Shown here: piece after piece, positions 17,638-25,867 of the stretch
Position numbering within the stretch: position 1 is the first letter of the stretch
Layout: every line of letters starts with the position of its first letter
Source of the DNA: an uncultured Candidatus Saccharibacteria bacterium
GTDB lineage: Bacteria > Patescibacteriota > Saccharimonadia > Saccharimonadales > Saccharimonadaceae
Reading direction: 5' to 3'
Assembly: GCA_963522905.1 (NCBI GenBank)
Contig: CAUQYS010000003.1
Location: 42,845 to 106,844 of the forward strand
Length of the DNA: 64,000 nt
Program-made: the position numbers and the translations under genes
Notes under the pieces: model-generated
What the model was told of the DNA's origin: nothing
Database searches by the model: none
The model's input: the letters and a program-made list of their open reading frames with translations, nothing else

Positions 17638-17936
17638 GATACTATTCCTACGCTGTAGTGTATACGATACGAGCGGTGTTGTAAAGACTGGGGTGGGGTG
17701 CGAACAGAGTAGGAGTGAGGGGTTATATATTGGCATTGTTATAATGGTGCATAAAATTTGAGTTGCTTGATCTATCGGGCGATTTCCTCCCTGTTGTGTT
17801 ACTCAGGAGGAGATGATAAATTGCGGATGGTTATTGTGGCTCAGCACTGGGGATGTGACCTTAGATAATGGTAGCCCGTACAACAGCTCAGAGAGCTGCG
17901 CGCTATACAAGGTTTTGATATGCAGGCAGCAAAAAC

Positions 17937-17965
17937 TTGACCACTGTGCGATATTATGCTAATGT
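17937..17965 (+). promoter_or_regulatory. Sigma70-type promoter TTGACC-N17-TAATGT (with TGc extension)
   Basis: TTGACC (17937-17942) and TGcTAATGT (17957-17965). The ATG at 17976 follows 10 nt later, giving a near-leaderless transcript. Confidence 0.5.
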
Positions 17966-17975
17966 CGAACAAGAC

Positions 17976-20945
17976 ATGAACAGAGCGTGGCGAGTGGTTG
18001 CGCGGGCGAGGGGTTGTCTGCGGCAATATACGGGGTGGCTGGCACTATTAGTGACGGCACTCTTAGGGCTCACGCTCGCTACCCCTGTGCCGGTGTATGC
18101 TGCTGAGACGGCACAGCGCCAGGGCGAGAACCTCGTCTTTCGTCATAATACCTTCAAGCCACACCGAGCCAACGACAAAGATCTGACTGCTCGTGGTTTA
18201 CCTGCTGGTGTGCACTTCTATGAGTATGAGCCAACGACCAATCGGCGCCAAACCATCGTCTTCCCAGCTGGTAGTGATCCGCTTCGTGCCAAGGAAGCGA
18301 CGTACGTAGAGTATATCTTTGTTGAGCCAGATACGTATAACAAGATGGATGATGCCATTGCCATCTCTGTCTCGGGGCAGCAGGAGGCCGCGCCGCAAAA
18401 TAATGGTGGCCAAAACAACCAAAATAACCAAAATAACGGTGGTCAAGCTGAGCAAAACGCTGGTAATAATCAGAACAACGCCAACGGCCAAAATGGTGGG
18501 AATAACGGCCAAGCGGCAAATAATAACAACAACCAGCCCCAAGACAAACCCGCCGAGCAAGCAGACAAAGATGATGGTGCCACGACCAGTTGTAGTGGCA
18601 CAGCGCTGGGAAGCATTGGCTGGATTGTCTGCCCAGTGAGTAACTTCATGGCGTGGATCACTGACCAGCTTTACCAGCAAGTGGCGCAGTACTTGGCGGT
18701 GCAGCCACTCCAATCTAGCGGCGATGGCACACTCTTTCGTTTTTGGGCGATCATGCGCGACTTGGCCAACATCGCCTTTATCATCGTCTCGCTCATCGTA
18801 ATTTATTCGCAAGTTACCAGTGTTGGTATTAGCAATTATGGCATCAAGAAGATGTTTCCGCGCCTTGTCGTGTCAATTATCGTCGTTAATATGTCGTTTT
18901 GGCTATGTGCGGCAGCGATTGATATTTCGAACATACTGGGCTTTCAGCTGCAGCAGCTGTTTGTCAATATTGCCTCGACGGTTAACGGGGCGGATTATAA
19001 TACGCTTAACAAAATTACGTGGCCTAATATCATGAGTGCTCTACTGACGGGTAGCGCTGGTGCGGTGGGTGCGGTGGTGGGAGTGAGTGCACTGGTGGGC
19101 GCGACCGATGGGGCGCTGGCGATGGCTATTCCGCTGCTGGTGGGTGTCCTGCTGGCGGTCATCATCGCTGCGGTAATTATTGCGGCGCGTCAGGCGCTTA
19201 TCACGATTCTTGTTATCATCTCGCCCTTTGCCTTCTTGCTGCATGTGCTGCCCAGTACAGAGAAGTATTTTGATAAGTGGAAGGATCTCTTTATGACGAT
19301 GATGCTGATGTTTCCGCTGATGTCGATATTGTTTGGTGGATCGCGCCTGGCAGGAGTAGCTATCCTGACCAATGGTAAGGATGCGAACAATCTCAACCTC
19401 ATCATCCTTGGATTGGCAGTGCAGGTGGTGCCACTGGTGCTAACGCCCTTTGTGGTGCGGATGAGTGGCTCGCTGCTTGGTCGGCTGGGCGCGATTATGA
19501 ATGATCCGCGGCGTGGCATCGTTGACCGGACGCGAACCTGGGCGCAACAGCGGGCAGACCTGCGCAAATCGCGCGTGCTTGCTGGTGATGCGCAGCGCAA
19601 CTGGCTGGGCAATGCAGCGCGGCGGAAAGCCCTGAAGAAGCGCGCTATTCAGCAGCGAACCGATGCTTATACGAAGCGCTTTGAAACAATGGCCGACTTA
19701 TCGGCGGTGGGGCGGAGCAACGATGAATACAACCGCTACACCGACCTGCGTGGCAAGGAGGGAGCAGCGCGGCGCGACCGAGCCTGGAACGTGCGCCTCT
19801 TGCATGATAATGAGCTCAAGCAGCGAGCGCTTAATACCCAGCTCACCTCTGATGAAGCCAAGAATGCCGCCCATAAGCTGGATACGCTCTATGATGAGCT
19901 GAAGCTTGGCGGTGAGGTGCCAGCTGGCTTGAGCCATGGCCTGGGGCGACGCGCTTATGCGGCAGCTGAGGTGGGTGCACTAACGGAGATCCGCAGTGCG
20001 ATGGCGCAGCGCGAAGTGCGGGCGAAGATCGACCGTGAGCTCCTCGCTGATGGGGCAGTAGCTAATGCTGATGGTGTGGTGCTGCGCGATGGCGATGGCA
20101 TTGCCTTGCGCCGCCGGATGGTCGATGGCCAGACGCTGCAAGATTACGCCACAGGGGTAGGGCACAAGAACCTGATGGTAGCAGGCCAGACGGCGCGGCT
20201 GCGCAAGGAGTTTGGCGAGCATGTTGCGGCGGAAGACCAGCTGATGCGCCACTTCAAGCTCAACAGTAACCAATGGCAAGCTATGGCTGCTACTGGTGAT
20301 ACTGCCATCACCCTCACCGATGCTAGTGGCAACCAGCACACCTTCCGGGCGGACAATGAGTACGTGAAGGAGGCGGCTATCGAGCACCAATTCCGCGCCG
20401 GCTCGGCTGGCCAAAAGCGCGAGATCATCCGCGAGACTGGCCGCGAGATCGAATACGTGGCAGACGATGGCACGGTGCAGGTGCGTCAGGGGTACAACTA
20501 TGATGCCCGCGCCACTGTCTCGGCTGAGGCGGTGGCCTCTGGGGTGGCGAGTGCGGTGCCATTTGTGAATGACGTGACGTACGATGCAATCTTGCGCGGC
20601 GAATACAACGGTGCAGCTGCCGAGAAGATGCACTCGCTACGCCAAGTCTTTGAGGGGCGGCTCAAGGCAGAGAACTTCGCTGGGGCAAATGATGGCGCAC
20701 TAGAGCTGATCTATAGTATCCCCGACTTGCCCGACTACCAGCAGATCAAAGACTCGTATCTTCGCACCCTCTCGCCTGAGAAACGGGCTGCCATCGAGCC
20801 GACTTTTGACCAAGCTTATGCTGAGCGTCACCAAGCCCTTCGCCACGATGCTTACCGCATTCTCAACACTCCAGAGCTCCGCCGCAATACCAATGCCGCC
20901 AACCGTGCTGTGTATGAGCGGTATGCGGAGCGGCCGCAGGGGTAG
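17976..20945 (+). CDS. VirB6/TrbL-like polytopic membrane protein with N/Q-rich ectodomain and long hydrophilic C-terminal domain
   Basis: Trimmed to ATG 17976 (MNRAWRVVARARGCLRQYTGWLALLVTALLGLTLATPVPVYAAE). An Asn/Gln/Gly low-complexity tract is followed by at least 6 hydrophobic helices (LANIAFIIVSLIVIY, LVVSIIVVNMSFWLCAAAI, AIPLLVGVLLAVIIAAVIIAA, ITILVIISPFAFLLHVL, LFMTMMLMFPLMSILFGG, LIILGLAVQVVPLVLTPFVV). A ~480-aa hydrophilic tail follows. Assignment rests on architecture and pilin neighbourhood only. Confidence 0.55.
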   Translation: MNRAWRVVARARGCLRQYTGWLALLVTALLGLTLATPVPVYAAETAQRQGENLVFRHNTFKPHRANDKDLTARGLPAGVHFYEYEPTTNRRQTIVFPAGSDPLRAKEATYVEYIFVEPDTYNKMDDAIAISVSGQQEAAPQNNGGQNNQNNQNNGGQAEQNAGNNQNNANGQNGGNNGQAANNNNNQPQDKPAEQADKDDGATTSCSGTALGSIGWIVCPVSNFMAWITDQLYQQVAQYLAVQPLQSSGDGTLFRFWAIMRDLANIAFIIVSLIVIYSQVTSVGISNYGIKKMFPRLVVSIIVVNMSFWLCAAAIDISNILGFQLQQLFVNIASTVNGADYNTLNKITWPNIMSALLTGSAGAVGAVVGVSALVGATDGALAMAIPLLVGVLLAVIIAAVIIAARQALITILVIISPFAFLLHVLPSTEKYFDKWKDLFMTMMLMFPLMSILFGGSRLAGVAILTNGKDANNLNLIILGLAVQVVPLVLTPFVVRMSGSLLGRLGAIMNDPRRGIVDRTRTWAQQRADLRKSRVLAGDAQRNWLGNAARRKALKKRAIQQRTDAYTKRFETMADLSAVGRSNDEYNRYTDLRGKEGAARRDRAWNVRLLHDNELKQRALNTQLTSDEAKNAAHKLDTLYDELKLGGEVPAGLSHGLGRRAYAAAEVGALTEIRSAMAQREVRAKIDRELLADGAVANADGVVLRDGDGIALRRRMVDGQTLQDYATGVGHKNLMVAGQTARLRKEFGEHVAAEDQLMRHFKLNSNQWQAMAATGDTAITLTDASGNQHTFRADNEYVKEAAIEHQFRAGSAGQKREIIRETGREIEYVADDGTVQVRQGYNYDARATVSAEAVASGVASAVPFVNDVTYDAILRGEYNGAAAEKMHSLRQVFEGRLKAENFAGANDGALELIYSIPDLPDYQQIKDSYLRTLSPEKRAAIEPTFDQAYAERHQALRHDAYRILNTPELRRNTNAANRAVYERYAERPQG

Positions 20946-20967
20946 TATAATAAATAGCAGAGGAATA

Positions 20968-21606
20968 CTAGCGCGCAGTGTCTGCTTTTGCCACTGCTTT
21001 TTTGTACGATCTTCGAGACAGTCGGCCTGCCAGTGGTGCTGCCACAACAACTCCCCCAAAGCCAGCCGCTACTGCTTTTGCTGCGTTGCTTTGCTGGGTT
21101 GCAAGCCTCTCTTCGCGCGACGGCTGTGCGCCCAGATCAGCTACGTCTGAGGGGTCAACGACGGCAGTGTCATCGGTTGTTTCGATGAAGACTTTTGGAG
21201 GAGTAAGGTGGTTAATGTCACCCGGATATTCGCAAATTACCAAGCAGCCCATATATGAGGCAGCGAGTGATGCAGCCCCACCCAGTATCAATGCCATACC
21301 ACCCATTTCGCAGGCTACATCAAGTCGTGACAATTGATGGCTTCTCTGCTCGAGATACTCGGCACGAGCCCCATGAATCGCCCTTTGGGTTGCCTCATCC
21401 ATAACTGCTTCGTCTGGGCTAGAGCCGCTGGTCGATAGCTCGGCTGGTGTCTGCGGGTAGGATTCAGTCATTGCTGGAGTAGGGAAGACCGCTGTTGGGT
21501 TGCTTTTGCTATAGGTAGAATCAAGATGTGATGCTATAAAGGACGGCAGCTCAGTTGCAAGACTGGTTGATGACTTTGGCAGTATGGCAGGTGGTTGGTT
21601 TCTCAT
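20968..21606 (-). CDS. Hypothetical membrane protein
   Basis: Trimmed to ATG 21604-21606 (MRNQPPAILPKSS...). Hydrophobic segments are MGGMALILGGAASLAASYMGCLVI and AVAAGFGGVVVAAPLAG. Convergent with the VirB6-like gene. No homology recognised. Confidence 0.4.
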   Translation of the reverse strand: MRNQPPAILPKSSTSLATELPSFIASHLDSTYSKSNPTAVFPTPAMTESYPQTPAELSTSGSSPDEAVMDEATQRAIHGARAEYLEQRSHQLSRLDVACEMGGMALILGGAASLAASYMGCLVICEYPGDINHLTPPKVFIETTDDTAVVDPSDVADLGAQPSREERLATQQSNAAKAVAAGFGGVVVAAPLAGRLSRRSYKKAVAKADTAR

Positions 21607-21788
21607 GACCGAGGTCGATTCCTTGTGTTTGTCAGAAATTATTGTAAATGATAGTTTGATCATACAAACTAATGACATAGTTTGTCAAGCTAATAAGATC
21701 TGCGGCCTCTAACCATTACTCTCATAATTTTCGTCTGGGTGAGGTGTGGTGGGCCCAATATAGAATCTAATACTCTTATCCTCCACAC

Positions 21789-21816
21789 CCAAAACCCACC
21801 GACCAAGCGGTGGGTT
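21789..21816 (-). terminator. Rho-independent terminator (minus strand) after the ABC operon
   Basis: Stem AACCCACCG/CGGTGGGTT with a 6-nt loop. On the minus strand it is followed by TTTT. Confidence 0.6.
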
Positions 21817-21879
21817 ATGAGGCACGAAACAGAGGTAATGTGCCAGTTTTTTGCTGTAATAGACTAGCGCGCTGTGCTG

Positions 21880-23094
21880 CTACTTGCGGGTAAAGATCTC
21901 GCGCAGGCTGAGCTTGCGGCTGTACTCGAGTGCGCCAAAGCGGAAGAGGCGCACGCCCATCATGATGGCGATGACGGCACAGACAGTCAGGATGCTAATG
22001 CTAATGGCGGCGTCTGTCGCACTGAGGTTGCCAATCGCATTGCGCAGCATGAGTGGGATGGGCGAGGTAAGTGGGAAGTAGGTGATGATCTTGCTTGGCA
22101 GCGCGTCTGGTGTGGAGACGAGCATAGCGGCGGCATAGAGCGGCGCAAAGAGCAGGATCATGATGGTGGCAAAGAAGCTACCAGCTTCCTTGGCGGTGGG
22201 TACAGCGGCACCAATAGCCACCAGCATACCAGTGAAGAAGAGGAAACTTGCGGCAAAGGCAAGGAAGCCTATCCCAATTCGCACGGGGTCAACCGCAATG
22301 TGCGAGAGGTCGACATCGGGCAACTGCAGCTGGTCTTTGAAGAAGAGATAAGCAACAAGCACTGGCAAAATAACGAGCAACCCCTGAATAAACGCCAGGA
22401 CGATGAGCGAGATAATCTTGCCGATGATGAGTGTGCGAGCGTGCACCGTGGTGAGGATCATCTCAATGACACGGTTTTCCTTTTCCTCTGTTGTGCTGGT
22501 GAGCATTTGGTTGCCAAAGAAGCTAATGAGGAAGTAGAACAGCACCAAGAAAAGCCCGGGTAGGATCATCTCATTGATGGCGTTGTATTCTTTGCCATTT
22601 TTGTAGACGGTATTCTTGGTGTTAATTTTGTCTTGGATGACCATGCGCACTGCTGGGCTGACCTCTGATTGGACAGAGTTAGAGAGTAGGCTGGTGGCGA
22701 TGCCGCTGTAGCGGCCGTTGTCAAAGAGCCCAACATCTTTGCCATAGACTTCCACCCGTTCTTTGGCGATGTCTTTGGGGTAGTAGATGTAGGCGTCGAG
22801 CTTACCTTCTTGGACTCGCTTGATGGTGGCGTCTTTGTCCGTGGCAGCGACGGGCTGGGCTTTGGTGGCGGCGAGCAGCTCTGGCTTGACGAGCTTGGAC
22901 TCATCCGTCACGGCAAAGCTAAAGGCTTGCTTCTCGAGGTTCTTAGCAGCATCGGCCGAGGCTTTATTAGAGAGGAATATAACCCCAAAGAGCACGGCAA
23001 ACACCAGCGGGAAGCTGATTGCCGCAAGCCAAAACGACTTCTTCTTGAGCGAACGGGTAATCTCGAACCGGATGACGGTAGATAGGTTATGCAT
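21880..23094 (-). CDS. ABC-2 type transporter permease (NatB-like topology)
   Basis: Trimmed to ATG 23092-23094 (MHNLSTVIRFEITRSLKKKSFW...), 1 nt after the ATPase stop. One N-terminal TM helix, a large extracytoplasmic domain, and 5 C-terminal TM helices. Confidence 0.75.
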   Translation of the reverse strand: MHNLSTVIRFEITRSLKKKSFWLAAISFPLVFAVLFGVIFLSNKASADAAKNLEKQAFSFAVTDESKLVKPELLAATKAQPVAATDKDATIKRVQEGKLDAYIYYPKDIAKERVEVYGKDVGLFDNGRYSGIATSLLSNSVQSEVSPAVRMVIQDKINTKNTVYKNGKEYNAINEMILPGLFLVLFYFLISFFGNQMLTSTTEEKENRVIEMILTTVHARTLIIGKIISLIVLAFIQGLLVILPVLVAYLFFKDQLQLPDVDLSHIAVDPVRIGIGFLAFAASFLFFTGMLVAIGAAVPTAKEAGSFFATIMILLFAPLYAAAMLVSTPDALPSKIITYFPLTSPIPLMLRNAIGNLSATDAAISISILTVCAVIAIMMGVRLFRFGALEYSRKLSLREIFTRK

Positions 23095-23095
23095 A

Positions 23096-23839
23096 TTAGT
23101 TGTCCTCCTTGCTGGGCTGGCTATAGACCTGGATGAAGATATCGTCGAGCGATTTGCCGCCAAACTGCGCGCGCACCTCGTCTACTGTACCATAGGCATG
23201 AGCCACGCCGTCTTTGAGCAGCAAGATGCGGTCGCACAAGCGCTCAACTTCGTCCATCTGGTGGGTGATCATCACGACTGTGGCACCCTTGGCTTGGTGC
23301 TCCTCAATGATTTCCATGAGCAAGCGCCGGTTGACGGGGTCGAAACCTTTGGTGGGTTCGTCGAGAATGATAAGCTCTGGGTCGTTGATGATGGTGATAC
23401 CGAGCTGAACCTTTTGCTGCTGGCCACCACTGAGCTTATCCAGGCGGGTCTTGGCTTTGTCGGCCAGGCCAACCCGCTCGAGGAAGGCGAGTGACTTGCT
23501 GCGTGCCTCGCTGCGGCTGAGGCCTTTGAGCTGGCCAAAGTAGACCATCGTGTCGATGACGCTCTCCTTCTTGTACAGGCCGCGCTCTTCGGGCAGGTAA
23601 CCAAGCTTGACGTCGCCCGAGACAGAGTATGGCTTGCCATCGATGAGCAGCTCGCCACCAGTTGGTTGATAAATGCCGAGGAGTGAGCGGATCGTGGTGG
23701 TCTTGCCCGAGCCGTTGCTCCCCAAAAACCCAAACGTCTCGCCGCGTTTCACCTCAAAGCTGAGGTCGTCGATGACGCTGGTCTTGCCAAATTTCATCGA
23801 AAAATGGCTGACGGTGATGATAGAATCTGTTACTTCCAT
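23096..23839 (-). CDS. ABC transporter ATP-binding protein
   Basis: Walker A GSNGSGKTTT, signature LSGGQQQKV, Walker B LIILDEPT. TGaTATGAT lies 6 nt upstream of the ATG (leaderless). Confidence 0.92.
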   Translation of the reverse strand: MEVTDSIITVSHFSMKFGKTSVIDDLSFEVKRGETFGFLGSNGSGKTTTIRSLLGIYQPTGGELLIDGKPYSVSGDVKLGYLPEERGLYKKESVIDTMVYFGQLKGLSRSEARSKSLAFLERVGLADKAKTRLDKLSGGQQQKVQLGITIINDPELIILDEPTKGFDPVNRRLLMEIIEEHQAKGATVVMITHQMDEVERLCDRILLLKDGVAHAYGTVDEVRAQFGGKSLDDIFIQVYSQPSKEDN

Positions 23840-23914
23840 AACGATATCATATCATATCGAGGTGCGATGTAAAGAGCAGCGATATAATATCCAAAAAACA
23901 TAGCTTGCCAGCCA

Positions 23915-23923
23915 TGCTACAAT
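23915..23923 (+). promoter_or_regulatory. Extended -10 promoter (TGcTACAAT), leaderless
   Basis: TGcTACAAT is followed by 6 nt (actcct) and ATG 23930. Confidence 0.6.
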
Positions 23924-23929
23924 ACTCCT

Positions 23930-25396
23930 ATGAAACTGAAACGACTGATGATGCCGCTGCCGTATCGGCGTTTGGTGATTGCTTTTGTGGCGGGGTTTTG
24001 TGTGATGGTGTTTGAGCTGGTAGCAGCGCGGGTGATGTCGCCAGTGGTGGGGGCGTCGACGTATGTGTGGGCGAGTATTATTGGCGTCATCATTGCGGCG
24101 ATGAGCCTGGGCTACTGGCTGGGTGGCGTGCTAGCCGATACGCGCTCGCGCGATGGCGATGTGGCGTGGCTGCTGCTTGGTGCGGCGCTGCTGATGCTAA
24201 CGGAGCTATGCCAATACCACGATATATTGCGGTGGGTAGCGCAGCTGCCGATCGATATTCGCCTGCAAGCTACAGTAGCGGCAAGCCTACTTTTTGCTCC
24301 GACCAGCCTGGTGCTGGGAGCAGTGAGTCCCTACCTGGTGGAGCGGCAGACAGAGACGCTGGCGCGAACGGGGCGGTCGGTGGCGTCGCTGAGTGCGGTG
24401 AATTCGATTGGTGGGATCGTTGGCACCTTTGCGGCGGGGTTTTTCTTGTTTGGTTGGCTGGGGATTCACGACGTGCTGGTGGTACTCATTAGTCTGCTCG
24501 TGCTAGCCAGCTGGCTGGTGGTGCCAGGCCAGCGCTGGCAGTGGCGCGTGGTGGTGAGTGTGCTGTGCGTGGGCCTGGCGCTGGGCTATCGCGTGGCACC
24601 AGTGGTGCGGGCCCAGGCTGCGCAGATGATCGATACCGCCGCGGCGCACTACACACTCCAGCAATGGCATCGGCAGGATGGCGTGATTATCCGCGGGATC
24701 GCCAGTGGCCCGGTCGGTGTGCAGTCTGGTGTGGTGGTTGGGCAGCCTCAGCAGCTGCCATTTTGGTATACGCGCCAGATGATGCAGGCGGTAGAACAGG
24801 CCCCGCAGCGGCAGCGCATTTTGGTGCTGGGCGGTGGGACTTTCACAGTGCCGCGCCTCCTTGCTCAGCGCTATCCGCAGAGCCAGATCGATGTGGTAGA
24901 GATTGATCCAGGGCTCTTGCCGATTGCTCGCCAGTATTTTTATTATCGCGACCCAGCCAATGTGCGGCCGATCTTCCAAGATGCGCGCGTCTTTCTCGAG
25001 CGCAGCACCGAGCAGTACGATATCGTCCTTGTTGATGTGTACAACGACGGCGATGTACCCGCCTCACTGGCAACACACGAGTATGCTACCGCACTCAAGC
25101 GGCATCTCCGCCCCCAGGCTCGTGTGGTGGTTAATATGATTGCCAGCCGCCAGCCAGCCTGCCAGCCACTGTTCGCTGCTCAGGATGCGCCGTATGCCGC
25201 TCTATTGGGGCAGGGGAGTTTTCGTTATGAGCGGGCAGATGGCTGGGATTATACTAATGTCGTGGCGACGTACGGTGGCGATAATACTTCTCGCCAGCCA
25301 GCTCCCTTCGCCAGCCAGCCGCCGTACCATGATGATTATGCTCCTCTCGAGCGATTGCGGCAGGAGTGCCGAGAGGTGTCTGAGAGTAAGAGATAG
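23930..25396 (+). CDS. Fused polytopic membrane domain / spermidine-synthase-like methyltransferase-fold protein
   Basis: 488 aa. About 7 N-terminal TM helices, then a Rossmann-like region ILVLGGGTFTVPRLLAQRYPQSQIDVVEIDPGLLPIARQYF...YDIVLVDVYND. Confidence 0.7.
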   Translation: MKLKRLMMPLPYRRLVIAFVAGFCVMVFELVAARVMSPVVGASTYVWASIIGVIIAAMSLGYWLGGVLADTRSRDGDVAWLLLGAALLMLTELCQYHDILRWVAQLPIDIRLQATVAASLLFAPTSLVLGAVSPYLVERQTETLARTGRSVASLSAVNSIGGIVGTFAAGFFLFGWLGIHDVLVVLISLLVLASWLVVPGQRWQWRVVVSVLCVGLALGYRVAPVVRAQAAQMIDTAAAHYTLQQWHRQDGVIIRGIASGPVGVQSGVVVGQPQQLPFWYTRQMMQAVEQAPQRQRILVLGGGTFTVPRLLAQRYPQSQIDVVEIDPGLLPIARQYFYYRDPANVRPIFQDARVFLERSTEQYDIVLVDVYNDGDVPASLATHEYATALKRHLRPQARVVVNMIASRQPACQPLFAAQDAPYAALLGQGSFRYERADGWDYTNVVATYGGDNTSRQPAPFASQPPYHDDYAPLERLRQECREVSESKR

Positions 25397-25481
25397 CTAG
25401 CTCTCCGATAACAATGGGAAGGGTCGTACATAATGCTTTGTTGTTATATAAATATAATGAAGCTAGATATTCTCTGCGTTA

Positions 25482-25672
25482 GCTCCACCTCCCCATACTT
25501 CATCCGATGGAGTGTGAAAACTCGTTGTAATAACGAGTTTTCAGCCCAGCGCAAGAGGTCGATATCCAGTGAATATCGACCCTTATAGCGTTCCTGAGGA
25601 TGGAGTGTGGGGAGGTGGAGCGTGAGATAATGCCAAAGTGCTGAGTTTTTGTGCGCTATCACCAACAGAGGT
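25482..25672 (+). ncRNA. Candidate structured RNA / intergenic repeat element, copy E1
   Basis: Closing stem GCTCCACCTCCCCA (25482-25495) / TGGGGAGGTGGAGC (25608-25621), extended by CTTCATCC/GGATGGAG with one T-G wobble. Internal hairpins GAAAACTCGTT/AACGAGTTTTC and GGTCGATAT/ATATCGACC. Collinear sequence blocks are shared with 51487..51623 (minus). Function unknown. Confidence 0.45.
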
Positions 25673-25708
25673 CACCCGCAAAATCGGTTGTAGTTTTCAC
25701 AAAACCTC

Positions 25709-25764
25709 TTGCCAAGCACCATATCTGGCGCCTATAGTAGGACCCAGACGCTACATATATAGCG
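25709..25764 (+). promoter_or_regulatory. Candidate nrd promoter (TTGCCA-N18-TATAGT) overlapped by two AT-centred palindromes
   Basis: Palindrome GCACCATATCTGGCGC (25716-25731, 12/16 self-complementary) fills the spacer. Palindrome CGCTACATATATAGCG (25749-25764, 14/16) lies just past the expected start site. Their centres are 33 bp apart. Confidence 0.35.
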
Positions 25765-25867
25765 AGCACACATAAACACGGGAGAGACAACAATACAGCT
25801 TGGCTCCAGGCGTGCCCTGGTGGCTGGTTTTGTGCACCGTATGATAAGGAGCCTAAGGGGAGGGATA

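Noticed and set aside
18390-18545. Asn/Gln-rich tract of the VirB6-like gene as a diversity-generating-retroelement variable region.
   Set aside because: There is no template repeat elsewhere in the window and no reverse transcriptase gene. The tract is simple low-complexity sequence rather than an A-specific mutated repeat.
25516-25600. Possible hammerhead ribozyme in E1 (CUGAGGA at 25594-25600 plus GAAA at 25516-25519).
   Set aside because: The segments that should form stems I and II next to the core are not complementary. The sequence after CUGAGGA is a direct repeat of the sequence before GAAA, not its complement. The core cannot be assembled.
25444-25665. 73-aa minus-strand ORF between the spermidine-synthase-like gene and nrdA.
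   Set aside because: It coincides exactly with the highly base-paired element E1. It has no SD or -10 box, and its sequence looks non-protein-like. The region is better explained as structured RNA or a repeat.
25397-25867. Cobalamin riboswitch upstream of the ribonucleotide reductase operon.
   Set aside because: I could not find a B12-box-like sequence or the characteristic multi-stem core. The structure present does not resemble it.
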